Source: a virus
Lineage: Duplodnaviria > Caudoviricetes
DNA: 42,674 nucleotides
IMG/VR virus record: IMGVR_UViG_3300033407_000045
Location: 1 to 42,674 of that record
Direction: 5' to 3' (one strand)
Position numbers and translations under genes: made by a program. A model generated the notes under the pieces. The model made no database searches, had not been told where the DNA came from, and worked only from the letters and a program-made list of their open reading frames with translations. This document shows, piece by piece, positions 18,238 through 25,883 of the stretch (within the stretch, counting starts at the first letter, position 1; every line of letters starts with the position of its first letter).

Positions 18238-18705
18238 ATGTCAGTGAGCAGCAGCAAAGGTCCGGCGCGCAGGCGCGTACCGAAGGAGGGAGAGCCCCAG
18301 TTCATGGGGGCGCCCGATAGCCAGCACAAGGACGACCCGGCCGGCGAGCCGCCGAAGAAGGAAGACAAGCTCCGCGCGATGCTGAAGGGCGATGGCGTCG
18401 ACGAGGCGACGAAGAAGATCCGCGACTTCCTCGACCGCGCGGCGCGGAAGTGCGCCGACGAGGCGTCGACATGGATGGAGCACTTCAACCTCGAGTCGGA
18501 GGCGGATCGCCGGGCGTGGGAAGGGCTGATCTCGAAGCTTCGCGCATGCATCGAGTCGTGCATGGCGCCGAAGGAAGAGACGGCGTCGGCGGGAGAGGAG
18601 GAGTACGGGGAACCCTTGGAAGAAGAAGTGACGGCGGAGAGCGGCGGCGAGGAATCAGCTTCGGAGCTCGAGCGAGTGGAGGCAGCCGATGGCGCGACGA
18701 CGTGA
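18238..18705 (+). CDS. Acidic hypothetical protein
   Basis: GGAGG RBS and an acidic C-terminus. Confidence 0.6.
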   Translation: MSVSSSKGPARRRVPKEGEPQFMGAPDSQHKDDPAGEPPKKEDKLRAMLKGDGVDEATKKIRDFLDRAARKCADEASTWMEHFNLESEADRRAWEGLISKLRACIESCMAPKEETASAGEEEYGEPLEEEVTAESGGEESASELERVEAADGATT

Positions 18706-19744
18706 GGACCAGGAAGCGGAAGTCTCGGATGAGGCTGTGGCGACCGCTGTCGCCACGGCGCCCGAGGAAGCGGAAGACAGCGACTTCGATCGCCTGCTCC
18801 AGCGTGACGTCTCGATCCGCGATCGCGCGGCGACTGTGCTCGGCTGCCGTGCGGACTCGGTCTTCACGGCGCTGAAGGAGTACTGTTTCCAGCCGGGCCA
18901 GCGCTGGGACGACGACAAGAAGCGTTACGTCGATAACCCGCCCTTCAACGCGCAGGAGCTCTACGTCGCGCTGTCGCTCATCGCGCGCTACGGACTCGAC
19001 CCGATTCGCCAAGAGATCCACGTCACGCGCGACAACAAGGGGAAGGTCTGGACCGCGATCGGCGTCAACGCGTGGCGGCGATCGGTGCGGCAGGACCCAG
19101 CCTTCGACGGCGTCGAGTGGAACGAGGAGCGAGCGGAGGACGGCAAGCTCGTCGCGATGACCTGCACGCTCCACTCGAAGAAGCTCTCCCATCCGATCAA
19201 GTACCGCGGGCTCTACGAAGAGTGGCGCATGGACCGCTGGTACGACCTGAAGACGAGCGCGTGGGTCGTCGACGGGAAGCGCTCGCCCAACTGGAACACG
19301 CGGCCGACGCACATGCTCACGGTGCGCACCTTCTGCCACGCGGCGGCGTACTTCTGCGAGCTCGGCGACGGCAACGTGATTTCGGTCGATGAGCTCGAGG
19401 ATCTCATCGAGCACCAGGCGGCGGAGATCGAGGCTGAGAAGAAGGCCGCAGAGCGAAAGTCGTCGCCGCTCCCCAAGCGGCGCACGGCTCCGGAGGCGAG
19501 CGCGCCTCGAGGCGAGAAGGCGGCTCCTCAGGCGAACAACGAAGCGGCGCCGCCTGAAGAAGACGACTCGGCGAAGCGCGAAGCGCTTTTCGCCGAGTGG
19601 CAGGAGCTCGTGCCCAAGATCGGCACGAAGGCCGTGCGCTTCATCCTCGATCGTCTCGAGCTCGACGTGCTAACGAGCGGCACATCGCTACGACAGCTCG
19701 AGCAAGCGCTCGACTTCGCGCGCGAGTGCTCGCAGCCGGACTGA
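18689..19744 (+). CDS. Bet/RecT-like single-strand annealing recombinase
   Basis: ARYGLDPIRQEIH, IGVNAWRR, PAFDG and SPNWNTRPTHML motifs. Adjacent to the exonuclease. Confidence 0.85.
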   Translation: MARRREDQEAEVSDEAVATAVATAPEEAEDSDFDRLLQRDVSIRDRAATVLGCRADSVFTALKEYCFQPGQRWDDDKKRYVDNPPFNAQELYVALSLIARYGLDPIRQEIHVTRDNKGKVWTAIGVNAWRRSVRQDPAFDGVEWNEERAEDGKLVAMTCTLHSKKLSHPIKYRGLYEEWRMDRWYDLKTSAWVVDGKRSPNWNTRPTHMLTVRTFCHAAAYFCELGDGNVISVDELEDLIEHQAAEIEAEKKAAERKSSPLPKRRTAPEASAPRGEKAAPQANNEAAPPEEDDSAKREALFAEWQELVPKIGTKAVRFILDRLELDVLTSGTSLRQLEQALDFARECSQPD

Positions 19745-19763
19745 GTTTTTCTCTCTTCACGCG

Positions 19764-19794
19764 CCCCGCTGCCGTTCTCTTCGCGGCAGCGGGG
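19764..19794. terminator. Intergenic 11-bp hairpin
   Basis: CCCCGCTGCCG-ttctcttcg-CGGCAGCGGGG between the recombinase and the ATPase. Confidence 0.55.
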
Positions 19795-19813
19795 TCATTC
19801 TCGAGGTCAGCAG

Positions 19814-22171
19814 ATGCAGAAGACGATAGAAGATGGCGCGAGCCGAATCGTGCGTGTCGAGCTCGATGGCTGGAAGGGTGAGGACCGATCCATCGAGATC
19901 GACGGCCCGACGATCCTCCGCGGCCCGAACGGAGCGGGGAAGACTGCGGTCCTCGACGCGATCGTCTGGGTGCTCACGGGGAACACGCCGAAGGGCCGGA
20001 CGAACGCGGCCGCGGCGAAGTTCTTCCCGCCGCGTGGCGGCTCGGTGAAGCTCACCGACGTCGCGGGTCGCTGGATCCGGCGGAAGCTCACGGTCGACCA
20101 CGAGAAGGGCACGGTGTCGCAGCCCGAGCCCGAATACGACTCGGAGCTCTCGGAGCTGTCTTGGCGTGCCGACGACGAGCTCCTCCGCGTGCGGGACTTC
20201 CTCGCGCTCTCCGCGGAGAAGAAGCGCTCGTACATCCTCTCGCGCTTCGCGGCGGCAAGCGGGGACGAGCACTCGGGCATCGTCGACCAGGTGCGGCTGG
20301 CGCTGATTCGCGATGTCGCCGGCGTCGCGGCGACGCTCGACACCTACACGCGCACGGCGGACCTCCCCGACTTCGACGACGAGCGGAAACCGGTGCGGGG
20401 CATCGTGGAGCTCGTCGATGCGGAGCGCGGCATCGCCGAGGAGCTCGCCGCGCTCGTCCGGCCGAAAAAGTCGACGGCCCAGATCTTCGCCGCGCTCGTC
20501 GACGTCGCTAAGGAGCGGCTGTCGCAGTGGCGGCGGAACGCCGGCGACGCGCGCGGCGCGAAGCGGGAGCTCGAGGCGGCAGCAGCCGAGAGCGCGTGGG
20601 CGCAGGCGGCGGAGCCCGGAGCGAAGCGCGTTCTCGCCGTGGCCGAGGAGCGCTACCGGCTGGCGCGCGAGAAGATCGCTGCGGCCGAGGAGCTCGAGAC
20701 GTCGCTCTCGGAGAGGCGCAGTCGCGCGGAGGTCGAGGATGACATAGCAAAGAACCGCGAGGCTATCGACGCTCTGGAATCGACACTCGCTGAGCTCGAC
20801 CGCCTCGCCGAGAAGACGCTCCCGCCGCCGGATCTCCCCGCGCCGGCGACGATCGAGGCGGTGGAGCCATCCTCGCTGACGCTGAAGCACGAGCGGACCG
20901 AGATCGAGAAGCGCATCGAAGAGAGCGAAGCCCTCGCTGAAGGCGTCGCCGCGGCGAAGGAAACGCGCGACGAAGCGAAGGCGCGCGTCGAGCGGCGCCT
21001 CGAGTCGACCGCGCAGAAAGCTTGGGAGCTCATCGGCGCGATCCCCGACAGCGCCCACGAGCTGATCCCGGAGCTCCGCGAGAATCTCGAGCGACTGATC
21101 GAGGATCACCTCTACAGCCTCCAGACCGAACGGGAGGCGGTGCAGCAACGCTACGACGATCTCTTCGAGGCCGAGGAGATTCGCGACGCGCACGTCGACA
21201 AGCACGGCAGCCTCGAGGAGCTCTGGGCCGCCGAGCGGAAGCTCCGCGAAAGGGTCACGGAGGCCGTGCGCCTCGAGGCCGAAGCCGAGAAGATCCAGTC
21301 GGACCACAAGGCAGAGCTCGATCGACTCCAGGCCGAGCACGACAAGCTCGCCGCCGCAGTCAAGCGGCGCGCGGAGAAGCGGCGCACCGAGCGCGATGAA
21401 TGCGTCCGCGAGATCGCGAAGCATGAATCCGCGATCGCGACGCTCGAGGAGGAGCTCGCGCGCCGGGACGACGACGACGGCGAGCTCGAGGATCGCATCG
21501 CCGAGCTCCGCCGCGAGGCCGGCGACCTCGAGGAGCTCCGTGCGAAGAAGGGCGACGCCGCGGCGCAGCTCGAGCGCATCGAGGAGGCGCTCGGGAAGCA
21601 CCGAAGCTACGAGGAAGCGTGCGAGGCGCTCACGGCCGCCGAGCTGCGTGAGGCGGCCTGGAAGGCGACGAAGCGCGCGATCGAGGGCGCACGCGAGGCG
21701 CTCGTCCAACGCGTCAAAGGGCCGATCCTCGCGCGGATAGGGGCCTTCCTCGAGTCCACCGGCTGCACCGAGCTCCCGTACCTCGACCTCGAGACGTCGA
21801 CGGGCCAGCCGCAATACGAGCTCGGCTGGATCTCAGAGCGCGGACGCATCGCGTTCGAGGCGCTCTCGGGCTGGCAGCAGACACTCCTCGCCGCGGCGCT
21901 GGTGCTCGCGATCGCGCCGGAGACTTCGGGGAAACGCGTGCTGCTCGTCGAGGCGGGAGAGGTGAGCGCGGAGAACCTGCCGCATCTCCTCGCCGGGCTC
22001 GGTGGTCTCGGCTCGGAGCTCGATGCGTGTCTCGTCGCGACGTGGCAATCGATCGAGGCGGAAGGGTGGCAGGTCGTCGAGATCGGAGAGGAGGTGGCGC
22101 TTCAGCCGCCCCGACGCTTGCGAGCTGCTGCCGATACTTGGCCGGCCGCGGAGACAGGAGACACGAGATGA
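19814..22171 (+). CDS. Rad50/SbcC/SMC-like ABC ATPase
   Basis: Walker A GPNGAGKT, long coiled coil, signature LSGWQ, degenerate Walker B LLVEAGE. Confidence 0.85.
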   Translation: MQKTIEDGASRIVRVELDGWKGEDRSIEIDGPTILRGPNGAGKTAVLDAIVWVLTGNTPKGRTNAAAAKFFPPRGGSVKLTDVAGRWIRRKLTVDHEKGTVSQPEPEYDSELSELSWRADDELLRVRDFLALSAEKKRSYILSRFAAASGDEHSGIVDQVRLALIRDVAGVAATLDTYTRTADLPDFDDERKPVRGIVELVDAERGIAEELAALVRPKKSTAQIFAALVDVAKERLSQWRRNAGDARGAKRELEAAAAESAWAQAAEPGAKRVLAVAEERYRLAREKIAAAEELETSLSERRSRAEVEDDIAKNREAIDALESTLAELDRLAEKTLPPPDLPAPATIEAVEPSSLTLKHERTEIEKRIEESEALAEGVAAAKETRDEAKARVERRLESTAQKAWELIGAIPDSAHELIPELRENLERLIEDHLYSLQTEREAVQQRYDDLFEAEEIRDAHVDKHGSLEELWAAERKLRERVTEAVRLEAEAEKIQSDHKAELDRLQAEHDKLAAAVKRRAEKRRTERDECVREIAKHESAIATLEEELARRDDDDGELEDRIAELRREAGDLEELRAKKGDAAAQLERIEEALGKHRSYEEACEALTAAELREAAWKATKRAIEGAREALVQRVKGPILARIGAFLESTGCTELPYLDLETSTGQPQYELGWISERGRIAFEALSGWQQTLLAAALVLAIAPETSGKRVLLVEAGEVSAENLPHLLAGLGGLGSELDACLVATWQSIEAEGWQVVEIGEEVALQPPRRLRAAADTWPAAETGDTR

Positions 22172-22407
22172 CGACCTACTATCGGACGACCGGCAGCGTG
22201 CGAGGAGACTGCGGACACCGGCACCGGACGCTCAGCGGCGCGATCCGCTGCCTACGCCGCGACCAGAGCGGATGCGCAGGGCAGGGTGGCTACTCGGATC
22301 GCCGCATCGTCGAGATCGACGATGACGGCGAGGAGAACGCATGGGACGAGTACGAGGAGGGCTTATGGATGCGTGAGGCTCTCGAGCAGGAGGACTATCC
22401 GCTCTGA
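22168..22407 (+). CDS. Hypothetical phage protein
   Basis: AGGAG RBS and ATGA overlap. GSVRGDCGHRHRT...GGYSDR motif. Confidence 0.7.
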   Translation: MTTYYRTTGSVRGDCGHRHRTLSGAIRCLRRDQSGCAGQGGYSDRRIVEIDDDGEENAWDEYEEGLWMREALEQEDYPL

Positions 22408-22571
22408 CAACGAAAGAGCTCCTCGAGCTCCGCCGCAGCGCGGAGTGGCTCGACCTCGACGCTCTCGTCGACCGTATCGACGAGGCGCTCCTCGACCCGG
22501 CGCTGAAACCGACTCTCAAGACAGGCGATGCGATCCTCCTCATGGAGCTCGCGTACCGCCGCAACAGGTGA
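22404..22571 (+). CDS. Small hypothetical protein with probable CTG start
   Basis: AGGAGG at 22388, CTGA overlap with the upstream stop, and a 55-aa helical ORF (LTTKELLELRRSAEWLDLD...) with genome-typical codons. Confidence 0.5.
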   Translation: MTTKELLELRRSAEWLDLDALVDRIDEALLDPALKPTLKTGDAILLMELAYRRNR

Positions 22572-22578
22572 ATCGAGG

Positions 22579-22680
22579 ATGCCTGAAAGACCACCATTCG
22601 ATGCCGCCGGCTTCGTCGACGAGCTCCTCGCGTCGGAAGCGAGGATCGACGAGAAAAAGCGGAAGGAATCCCAGTCGTGA
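22579..22680 (+). CDS. 33-aa hypothetical peptide
   Basis: MPERPPFDAAGFVDELLASEARIDEKKRKESQS. GTGA overlap with the initiator gene. Confidence 0.35.
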   Translation: MPERPPFDAAGFVDELLASEARIDEKKRKESQS

Positions 22681-23486
22681 CGAGGCCGAAGCTCCCGTAC
22701 ATGCCGTGGTATCCGGTCGACTACGACGCGGACGACTTGGTGCAGGATCTGAGCGAGCTCGCGGACCTCTTCTATCGCCGTCTGCTCGACCTTCAGTGGC
22801 GCCGGAGAGGGCGCGGAATCCCACCATCCGTAGTAACGGATGGTGGGATCGTACGTTACAACGCACGGTGCAACGATCGGTACGACGTACGGTGGGGCGA
22901 TTTGTGGTCGGAGGTCGCGCAGTTCTTCGAGTTTGTCGAGAACGAGGACGGAGAGCAGTGCTTCCGAAACGTCAGACTCCACAACGAATGGTTGGAGCAC
23001 CAAGAGAAGTATCAGAAACGACTTGCGGCCTCCGCAAAGGCTGTTGCAGCCCGAAAGCAGAAACCGAACGTTGCACCGTGCGTTGCACCGGACGTTGAAC
23101 GTCGCGTTCAACCAACTCATAACTCAGAACTCAGAACTCATCATCCAGAACACACATCCGGAGCGCGCGTGCGCGCGAGTGTGGATGGTGGGGCTGAGGA
23201 GTCCGATCCGGATTCGGACCCGGAAGCGGACGCGATCGCCGACCAGAAGGGCGCGGTCTGGCTCCGGCTGACGACGCACCCGTGGGGCTTTCGCAAGCCC
23301 GAAAAGCTCGCGGCGATCATCGCTCGCGGCACGACGCCCGAGGACCTCGACGCTTACGAGCGTCAGTCGCCGAAGCACGGCGGCATGGCGTGGGCGCGAG
23401 CGAAGATCCAGGACTTCGCTCGGCCGGGAGACATCCCGCGCAGCGGCCGCCGCTCAGCGCCGGCGAACGACGACGGGGGCTGGTGA
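22677..23486 (+). CDS. Replication initiator, DUF1376/YdaU-like
   Basis: KLPYMPWYPVDYDAD...LS...YRRLLDLQW and NVRL motifs. Internal iterons. Followed by a DnaC-like gene. Confidence 0.75.
   Translation: MTRPKLPYMPWYPVDYDADDLVQDLSELADLFYRRLLDLQWRRRGRGIPPSVVTDGGIVRYNARCNDRYDVRWGDLWSEVAQFFEFVENEDGEQCFRNVRLHNEWLEHQEKYQKRLAASAKAVAARKQKPNVAPCVAPDVERRVQPTHNSELRTHHPEHTSGARVRASVDGGAEESDPDSDPEADAIADQKGAVWLRLTTHPWGFRKPEKLAAIIARGTTPEDLDAYERQSPKHGGMAWARAKIQDFARPGDIPRSGRRSAPANDDGGW
22854..23141. repeat. Putative replication origin: two inverted 12-bp-period iteron arrays plus 4x AACTCA(G/T)
   Basis: CGTTGCACCG-like units at 23069, 23081, 23093, 23105. Inverted units at 22854-22901 (exact CGGTGCAACG at 22866). 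Heptamers at 23114-23141. Confidence 0.65.
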
Positions 23487-23489
23487 CGC

Positions 23490-24266
23490 ATGACGAGCCC
23501 GCTCTACGGCAATCGCAGCTACGGCGAACTCGGCACGCTCCGGCCGCCGGGTCACATTCCCGATCACCTGCGCCAAGCCCCACGCGACGCGATCGACAAG
23601 GCGCAGTCCGAGTCGTACTCGCGGCTCGTCCGCGACCTCGAGCGACTGCGCGACCTGCACTGCCCGCCGGGAACTCCCGAGCCCACGCCGGCCGCTCCGC
23701 CGAAGCCGAACGCCATCGATCTCGGCATCCCGCCGGCGTACCGCGTCGTGGAAGCGAGCGACTTCTATCCCGACGAGTTCGCCGACGGAATCCCGCTCGT
23801 CGGCCAGGACGAGTCGGTGCTGATCGTCGGAGTCGATGCGCTCTTCGACAAGCGCCGCGGCGTCTACACGAGGACGAACGCTCGCGTAAGCGAGTACGCA
23901 GCGTACCTCGCGATCAACAGCTTGGTGCGCTGGTCCTCGGTGCTCGCGCTCTCGTCGGATCTCGCGCAGAACCCAGCACGAGAGCGCGGCGAGTGGAGCG
24001 AGACGAAGAAGCTCGCGCTGACGACGCGACTCGTGCTCGACGACATCGGCTCCGGGCTCAACTGGCCGCGCACCGCTGGACACGTCACCGCGCTGCTCGC
24101 CGCGCGACTCGAGTCCGGCCCGCTCCAGCCCGATCGCAGCGGCCGGCAGACGATCGTCACGTCGAGACACTCACTCGGTGAACTCGCGGAGACGGACCCG
24201 AGAATCGCCGAGCTCCTCAGCGGCATGAGACGCATTCGGATGGCTCCCAGCGAAACGAAGGAATGA
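23490..24266 (+). CDS. DnaC/IstB-like helicase loader, Walker A degenerate
   Basis: LVLDDIG and TIVTS motifs retained. No GxxGxGK[ST] after SVLIVG. Confidence 0.6.
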   Translation: MTSPLYGNRSYGELGTLRPPGHIPDHLRQAPRDAIDKAQSESYSRLVRDLERLRDLHCPPGTPEPTPAAPPKPNAIDLGIPPAYRVVEASDFYPDEFADGIPLVGQDESVLIVGVDALFDKRRGVYTRTNARVSEYAAYLAINSLVRWSSVLALSSDLAQNPARERGEWSETKKLALTTRLVLDDIGSGLNWPRTAGHVTALLAARLESGPLQPDRSGRQTIVTSRHSLGELAETDPRIAELLSGMRRIRMAPSETKE

Positions 24267-24610
24267 TGAATTGGCATCGCTTCGTGCGCTACCGCTTCGC
24301 TGACGGAACGATCGGGCGAGACGAGGTGCCGACGGGAGTCGGCCGCTCCGAGATTCGCTTCGAGTGTCTCGACGGGGCGCAGCTCCGCGGCGAGCTTGAG
24401 CAGCTCCTGATCGCCTCGTCGATCAGCAAGCACGACGGACGGCGCGTCGGCGTGGAGACCCAAGGACGAGGACGTCGCGACCTCGCTCGTGCGTTTCGCG
24501 CGCAAGTGGAGTCACGAGGACGAGGACCTCCTCGACTGCAGCGACGCGCGCACCGTGACGCTCACGAACGCTCGTTTCAAAGACTGCTGGATACCGCTCC
24601 AGATCGTTAG
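24263..24610 (+). CDS. Hypothetical protein; 3' half probably out-of-frame fusion
   Basis: AAGGA RBS and ATGA overlap. After about 24440 the coding-like frame switches to the Csf3-like ORF. Confidence 0.4.
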   Translation: MMNWHRFVRYRFADGTIGRDEVPTGVGRSEIRFECLDGAQLRGELEQLLIASSISKHDGRRVGVETQGRGRRDLARAFRAQVESRGRGPPRLQRRAHRDAHERSFQRLLDTAPDR

Positions 24611-24914
24611 CGTCGAACGCATCGAGTTCGTCGCCGTCGGCGACTACGTCCACGTGCGCCAGTTGGCGCGACGCGTCACGCAGATCGGCAAGAAGGGCGC
24701 GCATGGATACGGCGAGGTCGGCCACTGTCGTGTCTCGCGGCTCGCCGGCGACGCTGCCGGCTTCGATCGTGACTGGCGCGCGGGAGATCGACCGGCGCGC
24801 AATCTGCCGGCCGAGTTCTGCCGCGACCGTGGGCTCGTGACTCGGGAGCGGATGGCGCCTCTCAGGCCTCCGTACTGGAGGCGTCGAGCTGCGCACGTCA
24901 CGGTCGTCGGATGA
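24411..24914 (+). CDS. Type IV CRISPR Csf3 (Cas5-family RAMP)-like protein, N-terminally truncated
   Basis: GASAW, FKDCWIPL, IEFVAVGD, VTQIGKKGAHGYGEV (G-loop), RNLP and LRPPYW motifs. Frame opens after the stop at 24408-24410; first start is GTG 24489. Confidence 0.65.
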   Translation, partial: SPRRSASTTDGASAWRPKDEDVATSLVRFARKWSHEDEDLLDCSDARTVTLTNARFKDCWIPLQIVSVERIEFVAVGDYVHVRQLARRVTQIGKKGAHGYGEVGHCRVSRLAGDAAGFDRDWRAGDRPARNLPAEFCRDRGLVTRERMAPLRPPYWRRRAAHVTVVG

Positions 24915-24981
24915 TCGACTTGCGCGCTCGGCGCGAGCTGGATACGGTAGAGCCCGCAACGGTGGACAGAGCCGGCCTGGA

Positions 24982-25461
24982 TTGCCGGCGCGGGGATGCT
25001 CCGCCTTGCTACGCACAGCACTCGCTCTCGCCGTACTGCTCACCGCCACTGGCTGCGGCTCGCTCTGGTCGCGCGCCGGCGACTACGCGCTCGAGAAGGC
25101 CGACCTGGCCGCGACGAAGACGGCCGAGGCTGTCGGGAGCGCCGTGGGCCGCGCCGTCGGTGGCGCAATCGAGCGGCTCTCAGAGCGCGTCGAGACTCGG
25201 CTCGCACCGGCACTCGATCGCATGACCGAGAGTGTCGCGACGAGGCTCGAGTCCCCGCCGGCGGAAGATGATCCGCTCTCGGAGCAGGCGATCTACTGGC
25301 TCGGTGGGGCTCTGATCGCGCTCTTTGGCGGCCGTGAAGCGCTCGCCCAGCGGCGCAACGCTCGCACGGACGAGCGCAACGCTCGCTCGGACGAGCGCAA
25401 GGCGCGCATCGAGGGCGAGGTCGACGCGCTCAAGGCGACGATCGGGAAGGGGGCAGCGTGA
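24982..25461 (+). CDS. Lipoprotein with C-terminal hydrophobic helix (unimolecular spanin candidate)
   Basis: LRTALALAVLLTATG-C lipobox (alternative TTG start at 25006), AIYWLGGALIALFGG segment and a basic tail with a 21-bp tandem repeat at 25354-25407. Confidence 0.55.
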   Translation: MPARGCSALLRTALALAVLLTATGCGSLWSRAGDYALEKADLAATKTAEAVGSAVGRAVGGAIERLSERVETRLAPALDRMTESVATRLESPPAEDDPLSEQAIYWLGGALIALFGGREALAQRRNARTDERNARSDERKARIEGEVDALKATIGKGAA

Positions 25462-25465
25462 CTGA

Positions 25466-25714
25466 CCCCGTCGCGACTCGCACAACCAGGCGCACCACGC
25501 GCTCGTCACCGCCGTGCACGGAGAGGCGGTCGACGGCTACGTCCCGTGCATCAACCTCGTCTTCGTCTCGGGAGACGGCGACCGGACCGACGGCTACGGC
25601 CGGCAGATTGAGCGGGAAACGTCGCTCGTTCACCGTGACCAGCAGTCCGCGGCCGGCCAGTACTTCCGATTCGCCGACGAGTCGCCGCGGGAGCGAGTGG
25701 CGGCGTCGACCTGA
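25466..25714 (+). pseudogene. 5'-truncated or frameshifted phage hypothetical gene
   Basis: Coding-like frame DSHNQAHHALVTAVHG...CINLVFVSGD...YGRQIERETS begins after an in-frame TGA. The coupled GTG at 25458 is in another frame. Confidence 0.45.
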
Positions 25715-25811
25715 CGGTGACGTGGGAACCGACGAGGGACCTGCGCGCTGTTTGAACTGCGAGCGAATTCCAGCGCGAGCCCATCGATGCGAGCAATGAG
25801 GAGTTGATCGC

Positions 25812-25883
25812 GTGAACGAATACCCGATCCTGCAGCACTTCCATTTCGAACATCTCCCCGAAGACCAAGGGAAGCGAACGTGA
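25812..25883 (+). pseudogene. 3'-truncated remnant of a common small phage protein
   Basis: GAGGAG RBS, then MNEYPILQHFHFEHLPEDQGKRT*, resembling only the N-terminus of the ILQFFxYxHLP family. Confidence 0.4.

Noticed and set aside
19757-21814. Long antisense ORFs (also 3624-5081, 10419-11702, 11739-13226, 16828-18192, 25430-26698)
   Set aside because: Shadow frames of high-GC coding genes: Arg/Ala-rich, no motifs, and fully overlapping better-supported genes.
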